From Bacteroidota bacterium (GTDB taxonomy: Bacteria; Bacteroidota; Bacteroidia; UBA7662; JAIXUI01): 64,000 nt of DNA. A model generated the notes under the pieces. The model searched no databases, was not told where the DNA came from, and saw only the letters and a list, made by a program, of their open reading frames with translations. The stretch lies in the NCBI GenBank assembly GCA_027484125.1, contig JAIXUI010000015.1:30337-94336 (forward strand). The letters run 5' to 3'. The position numbers and the translations under genes are program-made. Of this stretch, positions 31,346-41,905 are shown piece by piece (positions within the stretch are counted from its first letter, which is position 1; every line of letters begins with the position of its first letter).

Positions 31346-32059
31346 ATGGGAAGAGCGTTCGAATATCGAAAAGACCGAAAGTTTAAGCGCTGGGCGAAAA
31401 TGTCGCAGGCATTTACGCGCATAGGCAAGGAAATCGCTATGGCTGTAAAAGCCGGAGGCCCCAATCCAGAGGCAAATACACGACTAAAAACCGCGATACA
31501 GAATGCTAAAGGTGCTTCGATGCCCAAGGATAGGGTAGAAGCTGCCATAAAACGCGCTACCTCTAAGGATGAAAAGGATTACGAGGAAGTCGTATATGAA
31601 GGGTACGGACCCGGTGGTATTGCGGTAGTAGTTGAAACTGCTACCGACAATCCAACTCGCACGGTTGCCAATATCCGCATGTATTTCAACCGTAGCGGTG
31701 GCTCACTTGGTAAAACCGGCTCTCTCGATTTTCTCTTCGAACGCAAAGGCATTTTCCGTATTGCGGTAGAACAAGTAGAAGTAGAAGAGTTAGAGCTAGA
31801 ATTGATAGATTTTGGTGCCGAAGAGGTGGTTCAGGTAGAAGAAACTGAAGTAGTCATTCAAACGGCGTTCGAAGATTTCGGTTCGATGCAAAAAGCATTG
31901 GAGGAGAAAGGCTTTAATGTAGTATCTGCTCAATTACAACGCATCCCAACTACCCTAACTAAGTTGGGGCCCGACGAAGAAGAGAAGCTTTTGAATCTGA
32001 TTGAGAAGATTGAAGAGGATGAAGATGTTCAGGCTGTCTATCATAACATGGAGGAATAA
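31346..32059 (+). CDS. yebC: YebC/PmpR family protein
   Basis: Motifs YEGYGPGG, TDNPTRT and EDVQAVYHN. Confidence 0.95.
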   Translation: MGRAFEYRKDRKFKRWAKMSQAFTRIGKEIAMAVKAGGPNPEANTRLKTAIQNAKGASMPKDRVEAAIKRATSKDEKDYEEVVYEGYGPGGIAVVVETATDNPTRTVANIRMYFNRSGGSLGKTGSLDFLFERKGIFRIAVEQVEVEELELELIDFGAEEVVQVEETEVVIQTAFEDFGSMQKALEEKGFNVVSAQLQRIPTTLTKLGPDEEEKLLNLIEKIEEDEDVQAVYHNMEE

Positions 32060-32072
32060 CACAAAATCCCAC

Positions 32073-32107
32073 AAAAAAAGGCTGACTATCACTAGTCAGC
32101 CTTTTTT
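32073..32107. terminator. Bidirectional intrinsic terminator
   Basis: Hairpin A7-GGCTGACTA-tcac-TAGTCAGCC-T6 between convergent genes. Confidence 0.88.
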
Positions 32108-32132
32108 ATGAGTTACTGTTGCGCTAATGGAA

Positions 32133-32738
32133 TTAGTTTGCAGCAGTTAGGTTGAAATTGATAACGAAGTTGTCTTCAATCATTTTGTCTCCGAGGTTGT
32201 CGAAGAATTTGCCTGAACCATAACGCACATCGTACTCAGTACGGTCGATGGTGATTTTGCCATTGGCCATCAACATATCGCCTTTAGTCGTTATAGTAGC
32301 TGGGAATGATACTGGTTTGGTGGTGCCTTTGATAGTCAATGAGCCGGTAACAGTTGCATTCGCTTCACCTGCTTTAGCTTTATCGTTATAAGTCACTTTG
32401 GTTATTTTCAAAGTTGCAGTTGGGTTATTGGCTACGCTAAAGAAGTCATCAGAGAAAAGGTGACCAACAAACTTCTTGTTGTATTCTGCATCTTTAATGT
32501 CATCGCAAACGATGGATTTCATGTCGATAGCAACCTCACCACCTGTGAGCTTGTTGCCATTGAGGGTTACAAAACCAGAACTGATGTTGATAGTACCATT
32601 GTGAGCGCCGGTTACTTTTTTAGCTTCCCATTTTACGGAGCTTTTATCGGCTTTTACTTTAATGGTTTTGCCGTTTCCGGCAGCGATGGCCGCACCGCTT
32701 ATGGCGATTGCAAGTGCCAAGGAAAGGAGTTTTTTCAT
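32133..32738 (-). CDS. YceI family protein
   Basis: Signal peptide; motifs SSVKW, HNGTI, HLFSDDFF, LTIKG and IDRTEYDVRYGS. Start at MKKLL. Confidence 0.9.
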   Translation of the reverse strand: MKKLLSLALAIAISGAAIAAGNGKTIKVKADKSSVKWEAKKVTGAHNGTINISSGFVTLNGNKLTGGEVAIDMKSIVCDDIKDAEYNKKFVGHLFSDDFFSVANNPTATLKITKVTYNDKAKAGEANATVTGSLTIKGTTKPVSFPATITTKGDMLMANGKITIDRTEYDVRYGSGKFFDNLGDKMIEDNFVINFNLTAAN

Positions 32739-32808
32739 GTGTATATTTGTTTGAACAAATTTGTAACGCAAGGATAGGGGAAAGTGTTCAATTGCTGATC
32801 ATTTTTTT

Positions 32809-33330
32809 TCAAAAACGAAGAATTTCTTTCTTCATCCGCCTAATTCGAAAGTAATGGAACGCATCAAATGCGAGTAAGCAACTGCCCTGTACCAAGATGC
32901 CTCTACCGTGCCCCATCAAATGGTCTTGATTAGTTAAAATAAGCGCTGTTCCAGCTCCCACGTACAATACATCGAGCAGGCTATTGATTCCAAGAATGCG
33001 TTGCAGATAATTGGTTCTTTCTTGAATGTTTAGCTTGTCGTAATCTCTTTTGCTAATTCCTCTGATAGCCAAGGAAGCGATGGTGGTATTGATAGCTCCC
33101 CAAGTGAAATGTTGCAATCCTTGATCAAAATTTTGCCCGAAGCTTTCTTGCATCATCACCATACCTACCGCCATAGACGTGACACCGGTACCCAACAATT
33201 GGTTCATAGAGATGCGTTCCCATTGCTTAAGTTGTACCGCGGGCGGCATCATTTTATGGCCGGATTGGCTCCTTCCACAGAAGGAGACCATCCAGCAACA
33301 TAAGGCGATGAGTAAGAACTTACGGCTCAC
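32809..33330 (-). CDS. Hypothetical membrane protein
   Basis: Hydrophobic segments (WGAIN, NSLLDVLYVGAG, GRGILVQG); overlaps the upstream stop. Confidence 0.65.
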   Translation of the reverse strand: MSRKFLLIALCCWMVSFCGRSQSGHKMMPPAVQLKQWERISMNQLLGTGVTSMAVGMVMMQESFGQNFDQGLQHFTWGAINTTIASLAIRGISKRDYDKLNIQERTNYLQRILGINSLLDVLYVGAGTALILTNQDHLMGHGRGILVQGSCLLAFDAFHYFRIRRMKKEILRF

Positions 33331-34922
33331 AATCCCTGAATCATCTTATCCTTCGGAAAACGTATCAGGAACCTTGGATTGAATTTCTTACTTCCTGATG
33401 CAGACAAATTGAGCTTCCATTTGATGATTCCCGTTTCAACGTCAAGCTGACCATTGTCTAAATCTTCAGTTTCTACTTCAATTTCTTTGTTTCGGCTCAC
33501 AGGAATTTGATCTTCAATTTCGAGTTCAATGGCTTCTTTTCTATTGTTTTTCAGGACAATTAAGTTGGAATACGATTTTACTCTCTTTCCTGTAAGTTTT
33601 TTATCAGCCGTGAATGTTTTTACTTGTCTAAACTCAACGGAGACTTTGGGGTCAGTGCCCAATGGAAGGACAAGGGTGTCGTTGGTTACGTTATCGAGGA
33701 TGTTGGTAGTGCCAACGAAAGCATCGTCGAAGTAAATATTGGCAGTTCCGTTAAGGAAACCTAGGTCTTGGAAACCGGTGGTTTTTGCCATCATTTTTAC
33801 TTCTCTGCTGATTCTTGGAACGGCTGCGTAGCTAAATTGTGCATCAAGGGGCGTTTGTTGTAGGGCGATAACCTTATTCTCGCCATGCTTAAGGTCAAGT
33901 TCGAGGCCTAAGGCATACTCCATAGACATCGCCTGATCTGAAACTGTACTGAGTTGACTCATATCAGAGGCTACCGCCATGTCTTCTGTCATGGCTTTTG
34001 CCGAAGGTGCTGCCTGTGGAGCTCGTCCATTGCTTTGGTTGTATCGAACAGCAGGACGAGGGTAGTAAAGGTCCACATACCAAGGATTGATTACCGGTTT
34101 ACTGATATTAAAAGAAGGAGTTCCGGTAGAAACAGATAGTTTCAATGATTTAAAATCGAAGCCGGTATTCTGGCTGATGCGGGCTTTGGTTTTAATGTCG
34201 ATTTTATTGTTTTTTGAATCTACCTGAAGGTCATAAAGAGGAGCCCAAGAGACTAACTGGGTAAAGTAAGAAAGTTGAAACTGCGCATTCCCCGAAGATT
34301 TTACTTCCACTTCTGCGATCACTTGGCTGATGTAACTGCCTTCATTTCCTAATTGTCCGAGCTCTTGCTGGAGACGCTGTATTTCTTTGTTCAACTTAGC
34401 TTGTCTTTTTTGAACGCTTGTCAGCCGTTCATATACATCTGACAATCTTGAGCGATACAAGTCTGCTAATTTGATGAGTTCTAAGGTATTGAGACCGGTT
34501 TGTGTACCGGCTATTTCTTTGTTAGCGATGAAAAGTTGTTTCTCCTGCTCTAATACTTCTGCCTTATTCCCCAAGTCTTGCAAATTAGCTTGAAGAATTT
34601 CCAGGGAATCTTGTAACGTTTTGAACCTAGGGAGTTTTTCTTTATCGGTAATAAAATCCTTTCGATATTCTACACTAAGTATCGTCATTGAAGGACCCGA
34701 GCCTGACAAACGAACGCTTCCATCAAAGATTTCAGGGGGTAGATTTCGAAAGACCAATCGATGGGTGCCCGCTGATAGGTTGGTATTGGCCAGATGTTTC
34801 AATTCTGCCCCGGATGGGTAAACTTTAATGGCTATAGGCTTGGAAGCTACCTGGTATTCTTCAGCCATCAATAATTGGCCACACAGCAAGAAACCGACAA
34901 GCGGAAACAAAAATTTTTTCAT
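33327..34922 (-). CDS. DUF4139/DUF4140 (MuiA-like) exported protein
   Basis: Signal peptide, coiled coil, SWAPLYDL, QNTG and DQIPVS. Confidence 0.85.
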   Translation of the reverse strand: MKKFLFPLVGFLLCGQLLMAEEYQVASKPIAIKVYPSGAELKHLANTNLSAGTHRLVFRNLPPEIFDGSVRLSGSGPSMTILSVEYRKDFITDKEKLPRFKTLQDSLEILQANLQDLGNKAEVLEQEKQLFIANKEIAGTQTGLNTLELIKLADLYRSRLSDVYERLTSVQKRQAKLNKEIQRLQQELGQLGNEGSYISQVIAEVEVKSSGNAQFQLSYFTQLVSWAPLYDLQVDSKNNKIDIKTKARISQNTGFDFKSLKLSVSTGTPSFNISKPVINPWYVDLYYPRPAVRYNQSNGRAPQAAPSAKAMTEDMAVASDMSQLSTVSDQAMSMEYALGLELDLKHGENKVIALQQTPLDAQFSYAAVPRISREVKMMAKTTGFQDLGFLNGTANIYFDDAFVGTTNILDNVTNDTLVLPLGTDPKVSVEFRQVKTFTADKKLTGKRVKSYSNLIVLKNNRKEAIELEIEDQIPVSRNKEIEVETEDLDNGQLDVETGIIKWKLNLSASGSKKFNPRFLIRFPKDKMIQGL

Positions 34923-34962
34923 GTGCTCGGTTTTTCAAGAAACGAGCCAAAAAGCCCGGTAA

Positions 34963-35754
34963 TTATTTGAAGTTAGATTTAAAAGTACGGAAGTAGGAAA
35001 CTGCTTGCAGCATTCTGCTTCCATACCAGCTGAAATATTCTCCATCAACCAATCTTACTTTGGCTTTTGGTAGCCTGCTTTGATAAAACTGTAAGTGTTT
35101 TTCCTTGTAAGGAAAAGGCTCCGACGAAAGCAAGATATAATCAGGATTTAGCGTTTGTAGTGTTTCATCATCGATTTCCGGATACCGTCCTGAGATGATA
35201 TTCTCTAAACCGGCCATTTGCATCATCTGATGGATGAAAGTTTGGCTACCAGCAGCCATTCGTGGCTTTTCCCAAATTAGGTATAAGGCTCTCGGTTTTA
35301 AAGGAAGTTCAGATTCAAGCTGAAGCAAGGTGTAATCTTGACGTAAACGATGGCTGAGGTGTAAAGCTTCTGGCTTTTTATCAACCACTTCACCAAGGAT
35401 TTCAATCATTTCTATGGCATCCCGAATGGTTATTACATCGGTAGTGAATACCGGGTACAACGCTCTCAATTTTTCTACATCTTCTTGCTGATTTTCCTCT
35501 TTGTTAGCAATGATTAAATCAGGTTGAAGGATGTGAATTAATTCGTGATGGATTTTCTTCGTACCCCCAATTTTAGTCTTTGAGGAAAACCATTCTTGGG
35601 GGTGGACGCAAAATTTCGTGATTCCTACCACCCGATCGCCTAATCCCAAAGAGTATAACAATTCAGTGATGGAAGGAACCAGCGAAACTATTCGTTGAGG
35701 ACTCGATAAAACCTCTAGGGAATAGCCGGTTTGATCGATCCAATTGCGCATCAT
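34963..35754 (-). CDS. Helical-backbone metal receptor (BtuF-like)
   Basis: Motifs RIVSLVPSITELL, GGTK, ANKEEN, LSSEPFPY and FSWYGSR. Confidence 0.85.
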   Translation of the reverse strand: MMRNWIDQTGYSLEVLSSPQRIVSLVPSITELLYSLGLGDRVVGITKFCVHPQEWFSSKTKIGGTKKIHHELIHILQPDLIIANKEENQQEDVEKLRALYPVFTTDVITIRDAIEMIEILGEVVDKKPEALHLSHRLRQDYTLLQLESELPLKPRALYLIWEKPRMAAGSQTFIHQMMQMAGLENIISGRYPEIDDETLQTLNPDYILLSSEPFPYKEKHLQFYQSRLPKAKVRLVDGEYFSWYGSRMLQAVSYFRTFKSNFK

Positions 35755-37109
35755 GACATGGCGTTAATCAAGTCGTGATTGGTGATGATGTGTAAGTCGC
35801 CGGTAGGCAATTCAACCATAACGGCTGGATTGGCTTTGTTGATCAATTTGGCTACCTCTTCCATCAGTGCATCTGATTTAACTACAGGAAATGCTGGTTG
35901 CATGCAAGTGGCTACTTCAGCTTGTCTGCAATCAGGATTGTCCACAATGACGCTCAGTAATTGATGATCGTTAAGGCTCCCCACGAGTTGGCCATTTTCG
36001 ATCACTGGAATTTGTGAGATGCTATACTGGGTCATCAATCGAACTGCTTCGCCAATCGTACGTTTTGGATCTACGGTTACCAGTGGTAGGTGAAGACGGT
36101 GACGAATCAGGTCATAAGCTTTTTTCTTTTCTTGCTCGAGGAAGCCACGCTCACGCATCCATTCGTCGTTGAACATTTTTCCTAAGTATCGTGTGCCATG
36201 GTCATGGAAGATGACGACCACAACATCTTCCGGCTTGAGTTTATCCTTCATTTGAATCAGCCCTGCAATAGCAGCGCCTGCTGAGTTTCCGGCGAAGATT
36301 CCCTCTTTTCTAGGAATTTCCCTGGTGTAAATAGCGGCGTCTTTGTCGGTTACTTTCTCAAAATGGTCGATGATGGAAAAGTCCACATTTTCTGGAAGAA
36401 AATCTTCTCCAATGCCTTCTGTGATGTAAGGATAAATTTCGTTTTTGTCGAAGATGCCTGTTTCCTTGTATTTCTTGAATACCGACCCATAAGTGTCGAT
36501 GCCCCAGATTTGGATGTTTGGATTTTTCTCTTTGAGGTATTTTCCTGTACCACAAATGGTGCCTCCGGTTCCAACTCCTACCACCAAGTGGGTAATTTTT
36601 CCTTCAGTTTGTTCCCATATTTCAGGACCAGTGGTTTCATAATGAGCCTGAGCATTGGAGGGATTATCGTATTGATTGGGTTTCCATGCGTTAGGAGTTT
36701 CTCGTTCTAAACGGGATGAAACAGAATAATAAGAGCGGGGGTCTTCTGGCTCAACGTTGGTTGGGCAAACTATCACTTCTGCTCCGAAAGCGCGTAAAGC
36801 GTCAACTTTTTCTTTGGATTGCTTGTCAGTAGTGGTGAAAATACATTTATAGCCTTTAATAACAGCAGCTATGGCGAGGCCCATTCCTGTGTTTCCTGAA
36901 GTTCCTTCGATAATGGTACCACCTGGTTTAAGCAGACCTGAGCGTTCGGCATCTTCCACCATTTTTATGGCCATACGGTCTTTAATGGAGTTTCCGGGAT
37001 TGAATGTTTCAATCTTGGCTAGAACGGTAGCTGGAACTTTATCCACTACTTTATTGAGTTTTACGAGGGGTGTATTGCCAATGGTGGCGAGAATGTTCTC
37101 GAAGTACAT
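35751..37109 (-). CDS. Cystathionine beta-synthase-like PLP enzyme with CBS domains
   Basis: Motifs GNTPLV, NPGNSIKDR, TSGNTG and GVGTGGT; C-terminal CBS pair. Confidence 0.9.
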   Translation of the reverse strand: MYFENILATIGNTPLVKLNKVVDKVPATVLAKIETFNPGNSIKDRMAIKMVEDAERSGLLKPGGTIIEGTSGNTGMGLAIAAVIKGYKCIFTTTDKQSKEKVDALRAFGAEVIVCPTNVEPEDPRSYYSVSSRLERETPNAWKPNQYDNPSNAQAHYETTGPEIWEQTEGKITHLVVGVGTGGTICGTGKYLKEKNPNIQIWGIDTYGSVFKKYKETGIFDKNEIYPYITEGIGEDFLPENVDFSIIDHFEKVTDKDAAIYTREIPRKEGIFAGNSAGAAIAGLIQMKDKLKPEDVVVVIFHDHGTRYLGKMFNDEWMRERGFLEQEKKKAYDLIRHRLHLPLVTVDPKRTIGEAVRLMTQYSISQIPVIENGQLVGSLNDHQLLSVIVDNPDCRQAEVATCMQPAFPVVKSDALMEEVAKLINKANPAVMVELPTGDLHIITNHDLINAMS

Positions 37110-37173
37110 GTCACAAAGTTACCATCTTCCTTTGTTAACGCTGTTGATTGATTGAATTCTTTACCTTAGCAAC

Positions 37174-38757
37174 ATGCGGTCTATTCTCTCGCTCGTTTTT
37201 GTTTTATTTTTTATGATTGAATCAATAGCGCAGAGTGGCACTCGGTGTGGCCAGTTTCCGCTCGAGAGTCAATGGTGGAAAGTTAAAGGCCAAACTGATA
37301 TGGATGTTTGGAGAAAACAACGATTACAGTTTAATCCGAGTGCAAGAACCACCAGCGACACAGATACCATTTTTATCCCTGTCGTGGTTCATGTGATGCA
37401 CGTTCCCGGTCATAGCCTGAACCAGCAAAGCAATATTTCAGATGCGCAGATTCGTTCTCAGATTACGGTACTCAATGAAGATTTCAACCGCATTCAAGGA
37501 ACTCGAGGGTTTAATAACCATCCATCAGGAGCTGTTGGTAAGGTGGTGTTCTTTCTTGCCAGACTCGATCCGCAGGGTAATCCTACGAATGGCATCAACC
37601 GAGTTCCCTACGCTTCGAGTACCTTTTTTAATTACCTCTCACAAGATATTGAGCTGAAAGCACTCAGCATGTGGCCGCCCAAACGATATCTAAACATCTG
37701 GATTGTTAACTCCATGATCAGCGATGTGATAGGATATGCTTATTTACCTGAAACCTTAGCAGGTGATTCAACCTTTCGTGAACAGGCTGATGGGGTGGTG
37801 GTAGTGGCCAATTGCTTTGGTTCTATTGAAAAAAGATTGCCTTTTGACCCTCCCTTCAATATCAATGCGGTACTCCGTTACGGAAGAACCGCCACCCACG
37901 AGGTTGGCCATTACCTCAATTTGTACCATACGTGGGGCGATGCCTTTGATTGTTCAGGAACCGATTTTGTAGATGATACCCCTCCCTGCACAGGTCCTCA
38001 GTTTGGTTGCCCCTCAAGTCCGTTGATTCAATGCTCTAATCAACCGAGGATGATTGAAAACTACTTGGACTACACTGACGATGGTTGTATGAATGTGTTT
38101 ACAGTCAATCAAATAGGAAGAATGCGATCGGCTATCCGTACTTATCCTTTTCGCTCTGAGATGGTTAGCTTGCAAAATCTGACTAATACTGGTTTTTTTA
38201 TCAACAATCAAATTCCTAAAGATTTGGTCCTCGCTGCTTCTGATACTCAGCAACTACAGCTGGGGAAAAATGCAGATTCTCTTATCGTTCGCATCAGAAA
38301 CACCCAATTCGACGGGATATCAAACTGGCCTGTTCGTTTTACCCTGAAAGAGAAGCCTTCAGGATCAAAAACAAAATTAGATACGATTATTCTTACTCAA
38401 TCAGGAGGCTTTGCTCGTTACACTTCATTTAAACCTGATGTTCCGGGACTATATGAGATTTCAGCTTCATCCCAAGTTCCTGAGGGAAGCCCCAAGAGCA
38501 TTTTTATTAATGCATTCGGATTATCTAGCGTTTTTCCAAATCCATTTTCTGATAGAATTTTTCTAAAAACAGCCGCGATCAACGAAATTCAATTACTTAG
38601 GCTAATGGAGGTTAATGGCAAAGAGCTGGAACGTGTAAAACCTGTTTTATCAGGTGGTTATATTGAGATGGAGACAGGGAAAATTCCGGCAGGAGTTTAT
38701 CTGTTAGAAGTTATCGGTTCTGCTGGAACTGAAATCCATAAGATAGTGAAGCAGTAG
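37174..38757 (+). CDS. M43 (pappalysin-like) zinc metalloprotease with T9SS C-terminal domain
   Basis: HEVGHYLNLYHT zinc motif, N-terminal RCG cysteine switch, and CTD VFPNPF...GVYLL...KIVK. Confidence 0.88.
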   Translation: MRSILSLVFVLFFMIESIAQSGTRCGQFPLESQWWKVKGQTDMDVWRKQRLQFNPSARTTSDTDTIFIPVVVHVMHVPGHSLNQQSNISDAQIRSQITVLNEDFNRIQGTRGFNNHPSGAVGKVVFFLARLDPQGNPTNGINRVPYASSTFFNYLSQDIELKALSMWPPKRYLNIWIVNSMISDVIGYAYLPETLAGDSTFREQADGVVVVANCFGSIEKRLPFDPPFNINAVLRYGRTATHEVGHYLNLYHTWGDAFDCSGTDFVDDTPPCTGPQFGCPSSPLIQCSNQPRMIENYLDYTDDGCMNVFTVNQIGRMRSAIRTYPFRSEMVSLQNLTNTGFFINNQIPKDLVLAASDTQQLQLGKNADSLIVRIRNTQFDGISNWPVRFTLKEKPSGSKTKLDTIILTQSGGFARYTSFKPDVPGLYEISASSQVPEGSPKSIFINAFGLSSVFPNPFSDRIFLKTAAINEIQLLRLMEVNGKELERVKPVLSGGYIEMETGKIPAGVYLLEVIGSAGTEIHKIVKQ

Positions 38758-38760
38758 GGC

Positions 38761-39258
38761 ATGCGGGTATTGCTCATCAGTGATTCACACGGCTGGCTCG
38801 ATGAGGCCATTCGTGAGGAAATGAAACTGGCGGATGAAGTTTGGCATGCGGGAGATGTTGGGCCTGGGTTGATTCAGGACCTTATTACACATCCAGGATT
38901 TAGAGGGGTTTATGGAAACATTGATGGGAGAGAGGTTCGTACAAGCTTGCCTGAACACATTTTTTTTGAAGTAGCTGGGTTAAAAGTGTTCATGCAGCAT
39001 ATAGTTGGGACACCTGGCAAGTACCTTCCGGAAACGAGAAAATTGATCCAGCAATATCGTCCCAACTTGGTTGTTGCGGGTCACTCACATATTTTGAATG
39101 TGCGCTATTTCGAAGCTTTCCAAGTGCTACATATGAACCCTGGAGCTTGCGGTCACCACGGATTTCACGCGGTAAGAACAGCACTAAGATTTAAGATTAT
39201 CGGGGGAAAGCCCGCTGAAGCAGAGGTTATTGAATGGGGAAAACGCGGAAGAACTTAG
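38761..39258 (+). CDS. Metallophosphoesterase (YfcE/MJ0936 family)
   Basis: Motifs ISDSH, HAGD, GNID, GHSH and NPG. Confidence 0.9.
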   Translation: MRVLLISDSHGWLDEAIREEMKLADEVWHAGDVGPGLIQDLITHPGFRGVYGNIDGREVRTSLPEHIFFEVAGLKVFMQHIVGTPGKYLPETRKLIQQYRPNLVVAGHSHILNVRYFEAFQVLHMNPGACGHHGFHAVRTALRFKIIGGKPAEAEVIEWGKRGRT

Positions 39259-39322
39259 GATTGAATACATATAAGTCCGTGTTATAAGGAAGCGAGTTAT
39301 ATTTTTGCGCAAACTTTCTGCT

Positions 39323-40705
39323 TTGACACTCATTAAATCAATTTCCGGTTTCAGGGGCACCATCGGTGGCCGGCCGGGCGACAACCTTACACCCATAGAT
39401 GCCGTCCAATTTGCAGCTGCTTTTGGAACTTGGATTCTGAAAAAAGGATTACCTGCCAGAATGGTGCTCGGCAGAGACGCTCGTTTGTCTGGAACTATGA
39501 TTAGTCATTTGGTTGGGCAAACCTTGGTTGGACTCGGTTTTGAAGTAGTTGACCTTGGATTATCCACTACTCCAACCGTTGAGTTAGCGGTTGTGAATGA
39601 GAATGCTTCTGGAGGTATTATTCTTACCGCTTCTCATAATCCGGGTGAATGGAATGCACTTAAGTTATTGAATGCCAAAGGTGAGTTTATCAGTGCAGCT
39701 GATGGTCAGGAAGTACTTGAATTGGTGGACCAAGCAGACTTCACTTTTGCTCCTATAGATCAATTGGGAGCGGTTGTAGAAGCACATGATTACATACAGT
39801 GGCACATTGACCAGATTTTGAAGATGCCATTGGTGGATTTGGAAGCCATTAAAGCAGCCCAACTATCTGTTGCAGTGGATGCTGTTAACTCTTCAGGAGG
39901 CATCGCCGTTCCCGCTTTACTCAAAGCTTTGGGAGTGGCTACCGTTCATGAATTGTATTGTACGCCCGATGGTAGATTTCCTCACAATCCTGAGCCACTT
40001 GCGGAGCATCTTACAGAAATTGCTTCGGTTGTAGTTGAGAAAAAAGCGCATTTAGGCATCGTTGTTGACCCTGATGTGGACCGTTTAGCTTTAGTAAACG
40101 AAGATGGAACCATGTTTGGCGAGGAATACACCTTGGTAGCGGTTGCCGATTACGTCTTGTCAAGAACTCCTGGAAACACCGTTTCTAATTTATCTTCTAC
40201 CAGAGCACTTCGTGATGTTACCCGCCAGCATGGCATGAACTACACGGCTTCTGCAGTAGGCGAAGTAAACGTAGTGGTGGCCATGAAAGCAACCAATGCC
40301 GTTATTGGAGGGGAAGGAAATGGTGGAATCATTTATCCTGAATCGCATTACGGTAGGGATGCGCTCATTGGAATAGCTTTGTTCCTTTCTCACTATGCAA
40401 GAAAGAAAATGACCATGACTCAACTGAAAGCAAGTTATCCAGCTTATGCCATGAGTAAGAATAAAATTACTTTGAGCGAAGGCATGGATGTGGATGGATT
40501 GTTGAGCAAAGTTGCGAAAGCGTTTGAAAATGAGGAGATTAACTTGGTTGATGGTGTAAAAATTGATTTTGCACAAGGCTGGGTTCATCTTCGCAAATCG
40601 AATACTGAACCGATTATTCGTATTTATGCTGAGGCATCTGATGAGGGAGAAGCCAACGCGCTAGCCAAGTTGGTAATGGACAAAATTCATAGCTTCGTGT
40701 CATGA
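39323..40705 (+). CDS. glmM: Phosphoglucosamine mutase
   Basis: Motifs SISGFRG, TASHNP, DPDVDR and GGEGNGG. Probable TTG start at 39323, downstream of a TATTTTTG box at 39300. Confidence 0.88.
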   Translation: MTLIKSISGFRGTIGGRPGDNLTPIDAVQFAAAFGTWILKKGLPARMVLGRDARLSGTMISHLVGQTLVGLGFEVVDLGLSTTPTVELAVVNENASGGIILTASHNPGEWNALKLLNAKGEFISAADGQEVLELVDQADFTFAPIDQLGAVVEAHDYIQWHIDQILKMPLVDLEAIKAAQLSVAVDAVNSSGGIAVPALLKALGVATVHELYCTPDGRFPHNPEPLAEHLTEIASVVVEKKAHLGIVVDPDVDRLALVNEDGTMFGEEYTLVAVADYVLSRTPGNTVSNLSSTRALRDVTRQHGMNYTASAVGEVNVVVAMKATNAVIGGEGNGGIIYPESHYGRDALIGIALFLSHYARKKMTMTQLKASYPAYAMSKNKITLSEGMDVDGLLSKVAKAFENEEINLVDGVKIDFAQGWVHLRKSNTEPIIRIYAEASDEGEANALAKLVMDKIHSFVS

Positions 40706-41829
40706 CCCGCATTTACTTCGATAACGCTGCCACCACTCCACTTGATGAGGAAGTGTTAGAAGCCATGATTCCCATGATGAGAGAACATTTCGGGAATCCT
40801 TCATCCATTCATGCTCATGGCAGAAAGGTGCGTACTGAAATCGAAAAAGCGAGAAAAACCATTGCCCAGTTGTTAGGTGCTTCGCCTTCTGAGATTTTCT
40901 TCACATCCGGTGGTACCGAAGCCGATAATATGGCTATTCGTTGCACCATTCATGACCATCAGATCAAACGAGCTATCAGTTCTCCCATTGAACATCATGC
41001 AGTTTTGCATCCGTTGGAGGAGTTGGCCAAAGAAGGAATTATCAGCCTTGAGTTTGTTAGAATTCTTCCAAACGGCCACATTGACCTTAACCACTTGCGT
41101 GAATTGTTGGAGAAAGAAGGAAGAGCACTGGTTACTCTCATGCATGGAAATAATGAAATTGGAAACATGATTGACCTGCATGAAGTTGGTAATCTCTGTC
41201 AAGAGCACCGTGCCATCTTCCATTCGGATACCGTTCAAACCATGGGGCATTTTAGATTCAACTTATCTGAAACACCGGTTCACTTCATCAACGGAGCTGG
41301 TCATAAATTCAATGGCCCCAAAGGCGTTGGATTTATTTATATTTCCTCTGAGGTCGCAATTTCTCCGCTTATTCACGGCGGCTCACAGGAGAGAAATATG
41401 CGCGGTGGAACAGAGAATGTTTATGGTATTGTAGGACTGGCCAAAGCGCTTGAAATTGCCTACCGCGATTTAGACCATAAGCACCCTAAAGTTCAGGATG
41501 TTAAGTCGTATATGATTGAAAAGCTTAAGGCAAATTTTCCTGAAATTCAATTCAATGGAGATCCTGAAGGACCGAGCTTATATACGGTTTTGAACGTATC
41601 CTTTCCGCCAACAGACAAAGGTGAAATGTTGCTCTTCAATTTGGATATCAATGGAATCAGTGCATCTGGTGGAAGTGCTTGTACCTCAGGTTCTGACATT
41701 GGTAGCCACGTTTTGCGCGGCATTGGTGCTGCTGCTAATCGCCCGAGTGTTCGCTTTTCATTTGGCAAGCAAAATACCCGAGCTGAAGTAGATTATGTGA
41801 TTGAAAAGTTGAAGGAAATCCTTTTATAA
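40702..41829 (+). CDS. Cysteine desulfurase (IscS/NifS family)
   Basis: Motifs YFDNAATTP, GHKFNGPKG, RGGTEN and SGGSACTSG. Confidence 0.93.
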   Translation: MTRIYFDNAATTPLDEEVLEAMIPMMREHFGNPSSIHAHGRKVRTEIEKARKTIAQLLGASPSEIFFTSGGTEADNMAIRCTIHDHQIKRAISSPIEHHAVLHPLEELAKEGIISLEFVRILPNGHIDLNHLRELLEKEGRALVTLMHGNNEIGNMIDLHEVGNLCQEHRAIFHSDTVQTMGHFRFNLSETPVHFINGAGHKFNGPKGVGFIYISSEVAISPLIHGGSQERNMRGGTENVYGIVGLAKALEIAYRDLDHKHPKVQDVKSYMIEKLKANFPEIQFNGDPEGPSLYTVLNVSFPPTDKGEMLLFNLDINGISASGGSACTSGSDIGSHVLRGIGAAANRPSVRFSFGKQNTRAEVDYVIEKLKEILL

Positions 41830-41848
41830 CTCAGCACTCAGTTTTCAC

Positions 41849-41893
41849 CCCAATAAAAAAGCCTCTTTAATGTGAAGAGGCTTTTTTATTGGG
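41849..41893. terminator. Bidirectional intrinsic terminator
   Basis: Perfect 19-bp inverted repeat CCCAATAAAAAAGCCTCTT / AAGAGGCTTTTTTATTGGG. Confidence 0.9.
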
Positions 41894-41905
41894 ATTCAGC
41901 CATAC

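Noticed and set aside
34963-35754. Orphan BtuF-like gene as a sign of a B12 riboswitch or uptake locus
   Set aside because: It is translationally coupled to the CBS gene with no leader space, and no transporter genes are nearby.
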